A stretch of 62,159 nt of DNA, filler included. It is 5 parts of 5 records of this genome, joined end to end, with 100 filler letters (N's around TTAATTAATTAA, not from the genome) between each part and the next. Parts side by side here need not be neighbours in the genome. Positions count along the whole stretch, not along the records: positions 24,530 to 33,627 come from SRR31156797_3666; positions 33,728 to 56,830 come from SRR31156797_3668; 3 more parts are not named here. The stretch is one strand, 5' to 3'. Made by a program: the position numbers and the translations under genes. Under the pieces are notes generated by a model. That model saw only the letters and a program-made list of their open reading frames with translations, searched no databases and was not told the origin of the DNA. Positions 29,711 through 39,610 of this stretch are shown here, in pieces (position 1 is the stretch's first letter; the number at the start of each line of letters is the position of its first letter).

Positions 29711-31986
29711 TGCAAGACACCAAAACGCAAAAGGCAGAATCCGACATAACCTTCTCAAACCATTCACCAGACAAAATTGACCCAGGTTTTCTGCAGCACA
29801 GCCTGCCAGCAAACTTGTTAAAAATGCTGTTTGACCGTCTTGATATTTCTGTACAGACAGGCGCGCTCAACCATGCCTGCCTCGCTTCGCAAAAAAACCT
29901 GGCAGAGGTGCCGCCGGTACAGCGTATGGGGCTGATTCTTAAAACATTGCGTATTGAAAGGGTCCAGGTCGCCCAGCTGCATTGGCACAGGTTTGATCAG
30001 CGCCGTTTGCCGGCACTGCTGTTTCATGGCGGGCAATGGCAACTGATTGAGCGTGGACCGGACGGGCAGTTAACCTTAACCGGCGAATCCGAAAAATCCA
30101 GTGAGTATACTGAAGATCAGCTCGGGGACGGTATTGTTCTCTGGTTAAAAGCAATTGCCCGGCAAAAAGAATCCTTTTTTACCTTAAGGGGAAATATTGC
30201 CGCCCGTATGGTATGGCAGGCCATTTTTAAAACCCATAGCTGGTTATACAGTGTGGTGATAGCAACGCTGATTATCAACCTTTTGGCCATCTCCACCTCC
30301 TTGTTTGCCCTGCAGGTATACGACCGTGTGGTCCCCACCCTGGCCTATGATACATTAAAGGCCTTGGTCGCGGTTATGGTGATTATGGTCAGTCTGGACT
30401 GGGTGCTGAAAACCTGCAGAGCAAGGATTCTTGACAGTCTTTCCTGTGATGTTGACAAATCCGTGTCCTGCCAGATTTTTGACCATGTGATGCGCCTGCA
30501 ACTGGATACAAGACCCCGCAGCCTTGGAACACTGGCAGCCCAGGTTGGCGGCCTGGATTCGGTTAAAAATTTTTTCTCATCAGGCATAATTTTCGCCTTG
30601 GTCGATATGCCGTTTGCCTTGATGTTCATAGGTTTTATTGCCGTTATTGGCGGACCAGTGGCTTTTGTTTATCTGTTTTTATTACCGGTGGCCGTGGCGT
30701 TAGGCTGGATAACCCAAAGACGGCTACGCAGCCTGATGAAACATCAGATGATCCGTTCCAATGAACGCCAGGGGGTATTGGTAGACGCCATTCAGGGAAC
30801 AGAATCCATTCGGGCCAACAATGCGGCCTGGCGGTTTTCAGAACAGTGGAAAGAGATCACCTCCTCGATTTCCCAATATAATATTCAGCAAAAAGCCATA
30901 GGTAATTTCGGCATGGTTACCACGGGAAGCCTGTCCACCATCGCTTATGTGAGTGCGCTTGTGGTTGGTGTAGGTCAGATTGAAGCGGGTAATATGACCA
31001 TGGGGTCACTCATCGCCTGCAGCATACTGGGCGGCCGGGTCATCGCCCCTGTTGCCCAGAGTGTTCAATACCTTACCCAGTGGCAGAATGTGTCACAGGC
31101 GTTACAAATGGTGAATCAGGTGTTATTGCTTAACACGGAACGGCATCCTGACCAGCACCTGCTCATGCCTGATGAACCGCCAGGCTATATGGGATTGGAA
31201 GGTGTTCGATTTTCATATCCTGAATCCCCGGTATTGCAGTTAAATATCCCATTGCTGAGCTTTGAATCCGGTGACCGGGTGGCGGTTTTCGGCCCGGTCG
31301 GATCGGGTAAATCAACCTTGTTAAAAGTGCTTGCAGGCTTATACCGGCCTTCGGAAGGCAGGGTTCGTCTTGGACACGGGGATCTGTGGGAGATTGACCC
31401 GAATGTAGTGGCAAATCATATCGGATATTTACCCCAGAATGTACATCTGTTCAAGGGCACATTGCGCAGCAACCTTGCCTTATCAGGCATTACCAATGAT
31501 TCGCATATGCTGCATATAATCAGGCAGCTGGGCATTGACAAAATTGCTGCGGACAGCCCCCAAAGCATGGAACTTGCCATCAGTGAAGGCGGGGAAGGAT
31601 TGTCAGGGGGACAACGGCAGCTGGTGGGTCTGGCACGGGTTTTTTTAGCCCAACCTCGAATATGGCTTTTGGACGAACCCACAGCATCCCTTGACAATGA
31701 CAGTGAAAGCCAGGTGATCGCCGCAATCTTGGACCATGTAAAACCCGAAGATATTTTATTGATTTCCACACACCGGCCGGCCATGGCCGCCCGATTGGCA
31801 AACAGAATCCTTGTCATGCAGCGCGGTACGATTATAAAAGACGATAAACCAGATCATGTGTTTCCCCAGATGATGAAAAATTTTTCAAAGCGCTTTGGTA
31901 CAAAAGGTAAAGTGCCCAAGGCTGATGTACAATTACCTGATGGCCATCCTGAATTCGAAAAAAAAGGGCCTATCAATGTTATTTAG
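29707..31986 (+). CDS. T1SS ABC transporter (LapB/LssB-like)
   Basis: INLLA..LQVYDRVVP, Walker A GPVGSGKST, LSGGQ, LLDEPT, STH. Confidence 0.93.
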   Translation: MMQDTKTQKAESDITFSNHSPDKIDPGFLQHSLPANLLKMLFDRLDISVQTGALNHACLASQKNLAEVPPVQRMGLILKTLRIERVQVAQLHWHRFDQRRLPALLFHGGQWQLIERGPDGQLTLTGESEKSSEYTEDQLGDGIVLWLKAIARQKESFFTLRGNIAARMVWQAIFKTHSWLYSVVIATLIINLLAISTSLFALQVYDRVVPTLAYDTLKALVAVMVIMVSLDWVLKTCRARILDSLSCDVDKSVSCQIFDHVMRLQLDTRPRSLGTLAAQVGGLDSVKNFFSSGIIFALVDMPFALMFIGFIAVIGGPVAFVYLFLLPVAVALGWITQRRLRSLMKHQMIRSNERQGVLVDAIQGTESIRANNAAWRFSEQWKEITSSISQYNIQQKAIGNFGMVTTGSLSTIAYVSALVVGVGQIEAGNMTMGSLIACSILGGRVIAPVAQSVQYLTQWQNVSQALQMVNQVLLLNTERHPDQHLLMPDEPPGYMGLEGVRFSYPESPVLQLNIPLLSFESGDRVAVFGPVGSGKSTLLKVLAGLYRPSEGRVRLGHGDLWEIDPNVVANHIGYLPQNVHLFKGTLRSNLALSGITNDSHMLHIIRQLGIDKIAADSPQSMELAISEGGEGLSGGQRQLVGLARVFLAQPRIWLLDEPTASLDNDSESQVIAAILDHVKPEDILLISTHRPAMAARLANRILVMQRGTIIKDDKPDHVFPQMMKNFSKRFGTKGKVPKADVQLPDGHPEFEKKGPINVI

Positions 31987-33178
31987 TGACGATACCGGCA
32001 TAAATGAAAAACAGGTGGCGCGCCTGGCAAACTATCATAACCACCCGTATACCTTATTGTTACTAAGTTTGCTTTTAGGGATAATTACATTTGTCTACTG
32101 GGCTTACAACTTCCAGCTGGACCAGGTGGTTCGCGGTCGTGGTGAGGTCATTGCCAGCAGCCGTGTTCAGATTATCCAGGCTGTGGATGGCGGAGTCCTT
32201 GCCAGGCTGAATGTTAAAGAAGGCCAGATCGTAAAACCGGGGCAGATTTTGGCAAGCCTTGATCAAACACGGTTTGGTGCATCAGTAAAAGAAATAGAAG
32301 CCCGGTTATCCGCATTAAAAGGCAAGGCTGTGCGTTTGCGCGCTGAAGTTACAGAGGCCAAAACACTTGTTTTTCCCAAAAACCTACTGGAGTTTACCGA
32401 TATGGTGAAAGTTGAAAAGACATTGTTTCAGCAAAGGCGGACCGGGTTAAACAGAGAGCTTGCCACACTTAAAATTTCAATCCAATTAGCCAAAGAAGAG
32501 CTTGCTCTGGTCCAGGACCTTCAGCAATCAGGTGATGTGAACAGGTCAGAGGTGATTCGTACAAAAAAAGCCTATAACGATGCTGCTGCCAAATTGATCA
32601 TACGCAAAAATAAATACCTGGAGGAAGCCGGCACTGAGCTGACCAAAGTTGAAGATGGTATTGCCCAGAATGAACAGATACTGGCCCAGCGCAGCCAGCA
32701 ATTGAAAGCCAGTGTGTTTAAGGCGCTGGTGCCGGGAATTGTAAAAAATATCAGAATTACGACAGTGGGGGGCGTATTACGGGCTGGTGAAGAGCTGATG
32801 CAGATTATCCCTATTGGCGATGATTTAATTATTGAAGCCCAAATAAGCCCCATGGATATTGCTCTGGTGCGACCGGAACTTGAGACAACCATCCGGTTTG
32901 ACCCATTTGACTACACCATCTACGGCGGTGTTAAAGGCCGTGTGGAATATGTCAGCCCGGATACCCTCAAAGAAAGAACCGCCAGGGGGGATGAAATTTA
33001 CTATCGGGTACACGTAACCACAGGAACCAATCCTGTCATGACCACCACAGAAAAAAAACTGGATATCTTACCGGGCATGACAGCACAGATAGATATTAAA
33101 ACAGGCTCCCGCAGTGTCCTGGAATATATGCTCAAACCCATACGCAAAACCTTATTTAACGCCTTTGGAGAAAGATAA
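31976..33178 (+). CDS. HlyD-family T1SS membrane fusion protein
   Basis: single TM, VQIIQAVDGG, coiled coil, GGV, DYTIYG, PGM..DIKTG.RSVLEY..KP; start placed at ATG 31976. Confidence 0.93.
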   Translation: MLFSDDTGINEKQVARLANYHNHPYTLLLLSLLLGIITFVYWAYNFQLDQVVRGRGEVIASSRVQIIQAVDGGVLARLNVKEGQIVKPGQILASLDQTRFGASVKEIEARLSALKGKAVRLRAEVTEAKTLVFPKNLLEFTDMVKVEKTLFQQRRTGLNRELATLKISIQLAKEELALVQDLQQSGDVNRSEVIRTKKAYNDAAAKLIIRKNKYLEEAGTELTKVEDGIAQNEQILAQRSQQLKASVFKALVPGIVKNIRITTVGGVLRAGEELMQIIPIGDDLIIEAQISPMDIALVRPELETTIRFDPFDYTIYGGVKGRVEYVSPDTLKERTARGDEIYYRVHVTTGTNPVMTTTEKKLDILPGMTAQIDIKTGSRSVLEYMLKPIRKTLFNAFGER

Positions 33179-33226
33179 TTGTATTGTGCGCTTGCGCATC
33201 CCAAATAATTTTTATAGAGTCTTTTT

Positions 33227-33627
33227 ATGAAAAATTCAAACAAAGTTCCCTCTATCGCATTCCGCGCAATCACTGACCAGGATCTGGAGTTTTTATACCA
33301 GGTATATGCCTCTACCCGCCTGGAAGAACTGGCCCAGACAAGCTGGTCCCAGGAACAAATCCAAACGTTTTTGCGCCAGCAATTTGATTTCCAGCATAAC
33401 GACTATACCGAAAATTATACATCAGCCGAGTTTAATCTCATTTTAAGGGACAACAAGCCCATAGGCAGGCTGTATGTGGACAGGCGAGACAAAGACATTC
33501 GCATCATTGATATTGCCCTGCTTCCTGCCCATCGCAGAAAAGGTATCGGATCGACAATATTCAAGGATTTAATTGCTGAGGCAGATAAGCATCAGGCCTG
33601 TCTCAGCCTTCATGTTGAAACCAATAA
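33227..33627 (+). CDS. GNAT N-acetyltransferase (3' truncated)
   Basis: YASTR.EEL..FL.QQF..Q, IGRLY, IIDIALLP.HRRKGIGS, LHVE.N. Confidence 0.88.
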
Positions 33628-33727
33628 NNNNNNNNNNNNNNNNNNNNNNNNNNNNNNNNNNNNNNNNNNNNTTAATTAATTAANNNNNNNNNNNNNNNNN
33701 NNNNNNNNNNNNNNNNNNNNNNNNNNN
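33628..33727. other. artificial contig spacer
   Basis: 44 N + TTAATTAATTAA + 44 N. Confidence 0.99.
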
Positions 33728-34280
33728 CGGAGGGGGGTGGGATCTGTTCCACAATGGCTGCCAGAACATCATCAATGCCGGTGCCCTCTTTGGCGGAACA
33801 GAGGATCGCCAGGTCCGAATCCAGGCCCAGATCCAGTTCAATCTGTTCTTTGGTCCGTTCAATATCGGCCGATATAAGGTCTATCTTGTTGATGACGGGG
33901 ATGATTTCCAGGTCATGTTCCATGGCGGCGAACAAATTGGCCATGGTCTGGGCTTCAACGCCCTGGGCCGCATCCACCAGCAGAAGCACCCCCTCGCAGG
34001 AGGCCAGGGCGCGGGAAACTTCGTAGGAAAAGTCCACATGCCCGGGGGTGTCAATGAGGTTCAGGGCATATTCCCGGCCCTCACCGTCCACATAGGGCAG
34101 CGTGATGGCCTGACTTTTGATGGTGATGCCCCGTTCCCTTTCAATATCCATGTTATCCAGGAGTTGATCGCGAAAATCCCGATTTTCCACCAGGCCTGTT
34201 GCTTGAATCATGCGATCGGCCAGGGTCGACTTGCCATGATCAATATGCGCGATGATGCTGAAGTTGCGAATCTGTTTCAT
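33728..34280 (-). CDS. lepA: elongation factor 4 (3' truncated)
   Basis: [47 protein letters not shown]. Confidence 0.97.
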
Positions 34281-34462
34281 TTTTATTCCTTCAAATCCAG
34301 TTTCTCATCGTAAAATTACGACAGCTTACATATATGAAAACCGGGCCGGGATGTCAATGACCAGGCGACAGGCGGTCCCCGAATGGATTCCAAGAATACT
34401 TGACGTGATAATTCAGGTTGAGATAAGATGGATGCAAAAGAATGAATGAAAGGGGCGTTCAT

Positions 34463-35254
34463 ATGGAAATGAAGAAATGGATGCGGTGTCTGTTGTCAGC
34501 GGCGTTTTTGCTAATGGTCTTTTCTCCTGCGGCGTATGGTGATCTTTATTGGGAATCCGTTGAAGTACGCGGTGGTGCGCCGAAAGGACTACCGAAACTG
34601 CCGGAGGGCTTGCCAAAAGGTTTACCTGAAGGGATGCCGAAAGGTTTGCCCAAAGATCTTCCGAAACCGCCACCACGACCGGGTATGGGCTATTCCAGGA
34701 GCAGCGGCCCGGAAACAATCAAGAATTACCTGACCTCCTATGGAAGCCGAATCGATACCAAAGATGATATTACCATCATTTTATTTGATGACCTGACCAT
34801 TTACCAGCTTGATCCGTCCACCAAGACCTATATTAAGATAAACATGGCGGAAATGGAAAAATCCATGGGCCCCATGGCGAAGAAAATGGCCGAGGATACA
34901 AAGGTCACGGCGACGGGTGAAACAAAAACCATCAAGGGCTTCAAATGCGAAAAATATATCATGACCTTCATGGGGGTTGAAAATGTGCAGTGGCTTAGTA
35001 AAGATGTGACCGGTTATGACGAATATGAAAAAATAAGCGGTAAGATCATGAAGGATTCTCCCCAGTTCAGAAAGATGGGGCTTTCCGGTAACCTTGCAGG
35101 AAAAGGATTTCCCGTAAAGATGGAGAGCGGCGTGATGGGGATGACCACGACCACCACATTACAGAAAATTGAGAAAACCGACCTGAGTAAAGACTTGTTC
35201 AAGATCCCGGAAGGGTATGTTCAGAAACCATTGAATATCCCGCTTCATAGATAG
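34463..35254 (+). CDS. secreted protein, DUF4412-like, with N-terminal PxGL repeats
   Basis: signal peptide ending AAYG; TGETKTIKGFKCEKY, W, GFP, LFKIPEGY; start may be 34442 or 34469. Confidence 0.75.
   Translation: MEMKKWMRCLLSAAFLLMVFSPAAYGDLYWESVEVRGGAPKGLPKLPEGLPKGLPEGMPKGLPKDLPKPPPRPGMGYSRSSGPETIKNYLTSYGSRIDTKDDITIILFDDLTIYQLDPSTKTYIKINMAEMEKSMGPMAKKMAEDTKVTATGETKTIKGFKCEKYIMTFMGVENVQWLSKDVTGYDEYEKISGKIMKDSPQFRKMGLSGNLAGKGFPVKMESGVMGMTTTTTLQKIEKTDLSKDLFKIPEGYVQKPLNIPLHR
34580..34680 (+). repeat. degenerate ~12-bp coding tandem repeat (PKGL/PEGL/PEGM/PKDL)
   Basis: ccgaaaggacta..ccggagggcttg ccaaaaggttta cctgaagggatg ccgaaaggtttg cccaaagatctt. Confidence 0.75.
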
Positions 35255-35321
35255 CAGGGCCTGTGGTACCCGGATTTGCGTGGCTTTTGGTGAAGGACAA
35301 TGGCTTTTTCAGGAGAAAATT

Positions 35322-35822
35322 ATGAAAAAATGGGTGGCGTTCAGTTTTTGCATCCTTCTGTCCACGGCATGTGCCGGGATCGGTTCACACGATTCCAAAA
35401 TAACGGAAATCGGCTGGTCAGAGCGGTTTGTCGCCTATGACAACGGAACCGTTAAAGATCTGACCACCGGCCTGATGTGGGCGGCTTTGGACAATGGCGG
35501 CCCCATCAGCTGGTCCAAAGCCAAAACCTACTGCAAAAATTATCGGGGCGGCGGCCATAACGACTGGCGAATGCCCACAAACGAGGAATTAAAGGCCATT
35601 TATAACCCCCAATTCATCAATCCGTACCCCGTTTCAGAAGGGTGCAGGGGGGGTTGTCACATCACCCGGTTCATCCATCTCTCCTGCTGCCCCGTCTGGT
35701 CCTGGAACGGTATTACGGAAGTGGAAACTTTTTTTCATTTTGACCATGGCCCCAAAGACTGGCGGGATAAGTCTCTTGCCACCAATCATCCCCGGGCCCT
35801 GCCGGTGAGGGACGACCGGTAG
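35322..35822 (+). CDS. DUF1566 (Lcl C-terminal-like) domain lipoprotein
   Basis: lipobox STAC; NGTVKD..TGLMW, W..A..YC, DWRMPT.EEL; RBS aggag. Confidence 0.82.
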   Translation: MKKWVAFSFCILLSTACAGIGSHDSKITEIGWSERFVAYDNGTVKDLTTGLMWAALDNGGPISWSKAKTYCKNYRGGGHNDWRMPTNEELKAIYNPQFINPYPVSEGCRGGCHITRFIHLSCCPVWSWNGITEVETFFHFDHGPKDWRDKSLATNHPRALPVRDDR

Positions 35823-35855
35823 CCTCACCCGTTTTCCATTCGAAAGAGGGTAAGC

Positions 35856-36785
35856 ATGGGACCGAGCCTCTATTCTCCCATTGCGGAAAACAGCATCAAC
35901 GTCTTTCTCCTCCTGGGCCTGGGGAGTTCCGTCGGTTTTTTCTCCGGGCTGTGCGGTGTCGGGGGCGGTTTCCTCATGACCCCCCTGTTGACCATGATCG
36001 GCATCCCCCCCACCATTGCCGCCGCTTCCGATTCCAACCAGGTGGTGGCCTCAGCCGCATCCGGAACCTATGCCCATTCCCGCTTGGGCGGTGTGGATTT
36101 CAAGATGGGACTTTTCCTTTTTGCGGGCGGTATGGCGGGGAGCACCCTGGGCGTCAGGATCGTTGAATCATTAAGGGCTGAAGGGCACATCGATTTCATC
36201 ATCAGGATTCTCTATGTGGTGCTGCTCGGGGGCGTGGGAGCCTACATGATGGTGGAAGGCGTGTCGTGTCTCAGGAAAAAAGCGGTTCCGGATCCGTCTG
36301 ATAAACCCTTGAATTCATCCGCCTGGGACCGTTTTCTCGGCGTTCTTCCCTGGCCCGTTCGTTTTGGGAAATCCGGCGTCTCCCTTTCCCCCATCCTTCC
36401 TCTGGTCGCCGGATGTCTGGTGGGCATGGTGGCGGCCATCCTCGGGGTCGGCGGCGGGTTCATCATGCTTCCAACCATGTGTTATGTGCTGCGCATGCCC
36501 ATACGGGTGGTGGTGGGCACCAATCTTTTCCAGGAACTGCTGGTCTGTACCAATGTGACCATCCTGCAAGCCGCCGAAAACCATACCGTAGATCTGGTTC
36601 TCGCCCTGATGCTGCTTACGGGATCCACCGTGGGCGCCCAGTTCGGCGCGAAATTGAGCCACAGGATAAACGCGGATACCCTCAAAATTATTTTTGCATC
36701 CGTGGTCCTGATCATCATGGTGAAAATTTTTCTGGAGTTGGTCATGGCACCGGATCTGATGCTGTCTTTAAAGGGGGACCAGTAG
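35856..36785 (+). CDS. TauE/SafE sulfite exporter family membrane protein
   Basis: duplicated G.GGGF motifs (GVGGGFLMTP, GVGGGFIMLP), VD, GAQFGA. Confidence 0.9.
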   Translation: MGPSLYSPIAENSINVFLLLGLGSSVGFFSGLCGVGGGFLMTPLLTMIGIPPTIAAASDSNQVVASAASGTYAHSRLGGVDFKMGLFLFAGGMAGSTLGVRIVESLRAEGHIDFIIRILYVVLLGGVGAYMMVEGVSCLRKKAVPDPSDKPLNSSAWDRFLGVLPWPVRFGKSGVSLSPILPLVAGCLVGMVAAILGVGGGFIMLPTMCYVLRMPIRVVVGTNLFQELLVCTNVTILQAAENHTVDLVLALMLLTGSTVGAQFGAKLSHRINADTLKIIFASVVLIIMVKIFLELVMAPDLMLSLKGDQ

Positions 36786-36786
36786 G

Positions 36787-37569
36787 ATGAGGTGCGTTGG
36801 TTTCAAAAGGTCAAAAGCCTGGCTGTTGTGCGCGGGATTTCTGTTTGTGACGCTTTGGAGCGTGGTTTCGGCGGCGTCTGCCGGACTTACCGTCAGTCCC
36901 CACGTGGTCCGGATCGGCGCCTGGTATGATGGTGTAAAAATCCGTGTGCGGGGCCTTATCCCTCAAGGCTGCCAGGCCGTCCTTGAGCTACGAGGCGAAG
37001 CGACCCAAACCAGGCTCATGCGAAAAGAACGGTATTGGGGCATGTGGAAGAACGGGGAGGAAATCCTTGAACAAGGTGCTCCCGCGCTCTACCTGGCCAT
37101 GAGCACGGATCCGAAATTATTGAGCCGTTCGAACAAGACACCTTCCTGGGGTTATGAAGCTATTTCAGGGAGGATTTCTTTTACGGGTGACGTTGGGAAC
37201 ATGGCACACCGCCAATTGTTCGACGAATTCCTGCGTCTCAAAGAGAACCGGGGCCGTTATGGGATTTTCCCGGGACGCGCCAGCATACGGGTGTTACCTG
37301 AAAGCGGGCGACTTGTGGAAGGGGTTTTCAACCTTCCTTCCCGTTTGCCCCGGGGAAGCTACCATGTGCTCCTGTCCGTGGTGAAGGATGGGCGGGTGGT
37401 ATTCCAAGAAATACGGCCGCTTATGGTTGCGTTGGTGGGTTTCCCATCTACAATTTTCGACCTGGCCCACAAGCACCCATTGGCCTACGGTATTTTGGCA
37501 GCGGGAATTGCCATATTAAGCGGTTTTCTGGTGGGGTTGATCTTTCAATTTATTGGCAAAAATGATTAG
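36787..37569 (+). CDS. TIGR02186-like membrane-anchored protein, TauE partner
   Basis: signal peptide, RKER..G.W.N..P..Y, G.Y.V, C-terminal HPLAYG TM helix; starts 1 nt after tauE stop. Confidence 0.75.
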   Translation: MRCVGFKRSKAWLLCAGFLFVTLWSVVSAASAGLTVSPHVVRIGAWYDGVKIRVRGLIPQGCQAVLELRGEATQTRLMRKERYWGMWKNGEEILEQGAPALYLAMSTDPKLLSRSNKTPSWGYEAISGRISFTGDVGNMAHRQLFDEFLRLKENRGRYGIFPGRASIRVLPESGRLVEGVFNLPSRLPRGSYHVLLSVVKDGRVVFQEIRPLMVALVGFPSTIFDLAHKHPLAYGILAAGIAILSGFLVGLIFQFIGKND

Positions 37570-37624
37570 AGAGATTTTTCAAAGGTCTCTAAGTAGGGGA
37601 TGGGGTACAAATGTGCTTTCAATC

Positions 37625-39610
37625 TCACGCATTGGGTCTGAGCAATCTACCCAGGCCTGATGCCCGATAAGTTCTTCGCCTCACGGCTTCCCCCAGGATT
37701 TCATGCTGTTTACTCACCAATGTAAACCATGCGCGTGATCGCGTAATGGCGGTGTAGAGCAATTCCCGGGTCAGTACCGGGGTCATGCGGTCGGGCAGGA
37801 CCAGGGCCGTGTGATCGAATTCCGATCCCTGGCTTTTGTGAACGGTCATGGCATAAACGGTTTCCACATGGTTGAGCCTGGACGGCAGCACTTTCTTTAG
37901 TGAACCGTCCGGCATGGGGAACACCGCTTTAAGGGTTCTTTTGTTGGGGCTTTTATCATCGGTTACCGGCAGAACAATACCCGTATCCCCGTTCATTAAT
38001 CCCAAATTGTAATCGTTGCGGGTGATCATGACCGGACGGCCGGGATACCATCCCTCTCTGGCACTGATAAGGCCTGATTCAAGAAGGATATCAGCCGTTT
38101 TTTCATTCAGACCTTTCACCCCCCAGGACCCTTTTCGCAATGGGGACAGCAGTTGAAAAGCGCCAAAATCCTCGATTACCGCTCGGAACCACATATCTTC
38201 AGGTCCGTTTCCGGGGCCGGATCTTATGCGTTCCAGATATGGGCGGTAGCCTGTTTTAGATTGCGGATTTGTATTGTCAGAATGGCAATGGCCGTTCAGA
38301 ACCAAGTGGGCAAAGGATTCATCGTCAGAGCCGTTGATAGGTAGACGCCGGATGTCCTCAAAACCCATTTGCCAGATGTCTTCCACCCCTTGCGGATTTC
38401 CCTCGTTGACGGTCCGGGAAAGGGCCCCGATCCCGCTGGTTTTTCCAAAGCGGTGATTCTTTCTTAACAGGGTGATGTGTTGATCCAGTTGGGCGCCGTC
38501 TCCCTGAAATTCCCGGATGTTGTACCCCGTGTGCTTTCGGATCCATGCGGCGGTTTCCGGTTGGTAATTGCTTTGATCCCCATATTGACAGATATCCCCC
38601 AGTACTGATCCTGCTTCCACCGAGGCCAGCTGATCCTTATCCCCCAGCAGGACGAGGCGAGCCTTTTCGGGTAAAGCGTCCAGAAGCGCCGCCATAATTT
38701 CGAGATCGACCATGGATGCTTCATCCACCACCAGAAGGTCCACATGCAGAAGATTGTGTAAATGATGCACGAAATGACGGGTATTGGGTCGGCTTCCCAG
38801 CAGGCCATGGAGGGTGCTGACATCCCGGGGGAGGGCTTCACGTATGTTTTGCGGCAATGTTTCCACTGCGTGACCCAGGGCTTCCGTCAGGCGGGCTGCG
38901 GCTTTTCCCGTGGGGGCTGCCATGCGGATGCGCAATTTATACCCCCTTTCCAACGACAGTTGCTGCAGAAGGGCCAGCAGGTGAACCACGGTGGTTGTTT
39001 TTCCGGTTCCGGGTCCCCCTGAAATAACGCTGAACGAACTTTTTGCCGCAATGGCTGCCGCCACACTCTGCCAGTGTACCCGGGTTTTGGCTTTTTCTCC
39101 TTTGTCTCTGAGCGGTTCGAAAAGTGTATGGAGGCGGCTTTCTAAATCATCGGGTAGGGGGAATACATGGGACAATCGTGTCCGAATGTGCCGGCCCACC
39201 CGTTGCGTGTATTCCCAGTAACGCCGAAGGTATAAAAGCCCGGAACAGAGTACCAGGGGGGTGTTTCCGGGGCCGGAGGCAACTAGAGGGGATGCTTCCA
39301 GGTGATGCACCAGGTGTGAAAGGGGAATGGTTTTAAGGACATTCGGGGAGTGGGCAGGCATTTGTTCACCGCCTGTCTCCTCGGGTGGCAAAGAAAGGGC
39401 TTTTTCAGGTGCCCTGAGCAAGTCTTCAAGGTCCAGGCAGATATGGCCTCTGCCCAGTTGATGGCTGACAAGGGCCGCCATGAGCAATACCGGTTCAGGG
39501 GTATCCGGCGCCTGCGATTTTAAAAATTCCGCAAAACCGCCATCCAGGGGTCTCAACCAGCCCACCGAAACCCAAGTCTCCAGCAGACCTGACAAAAAAG
39601 GGCTTATCAA
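37625..39610 (-). CDS. recD: exodeoxyribonuclease V alpha subunit
   Basis: GHICL, LYLRRYW, GGPGTGKTT, APTGKAAARL, DEASM, GDKDQL, NGDTG, MTVHKSQGSEF, YTAITR. Confidence 0.96.
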   Translation of the reverse strand: MISPFLSGLLETWVSVGWLRPLDGGFAEFLKSQAPDTPEPVLLMAALVSHQLGRGHICLDLEDLLRAPEKALSLPPEETGGEQMPAHSPNVLKTIPLSHLVHHLEASPLVASGPGNTPLVLCSGLLYLRRYWEYTQRVGRHIRTRLSHVFPLPDDLESRLHTLFEPLRDKGEKAKTRVHWQSVAAAIAAKSSFSVISGGPGTGKTTTVVHLLALLQQLSLERGYKLRIRMAAPTGKAAARLTEALGHAVETLPQNIREALPRDVSTLHGLLGSRPNTRHFVHHLHNLLHVDLLVVDEASMVDLEIMAALLDALPEKARLVLLGDKDQLASVEAGSVLGDICQYGDQSNYQPETAAWIRKHTGYNIREFQGDGAQLDQHITLLRKNHRFGKTSGIGALSRTVNEGNPQGVEDIWQMGFEDIRRLPINGSDDESFAHLVLNGHCHSDNTNPQSKTGYRPYLERIRSGPGNGPEDMWFRAVIEDFGAFQLLSPLRKGSWGVKGLNEKTADILLESGLISAREGWYPGRPVMITRNDYNLGLMNGDTGIVLPVTDDKSPNKRTLKAVFPMPDGSLKKVLPSRLNHVETVYAMTVHKSQGSEFDHTALVLPDRMTPVLTRELLYTAITRSRAWFTLVSKQHEILGEAVRRRTYRASGLGRLLRPNA

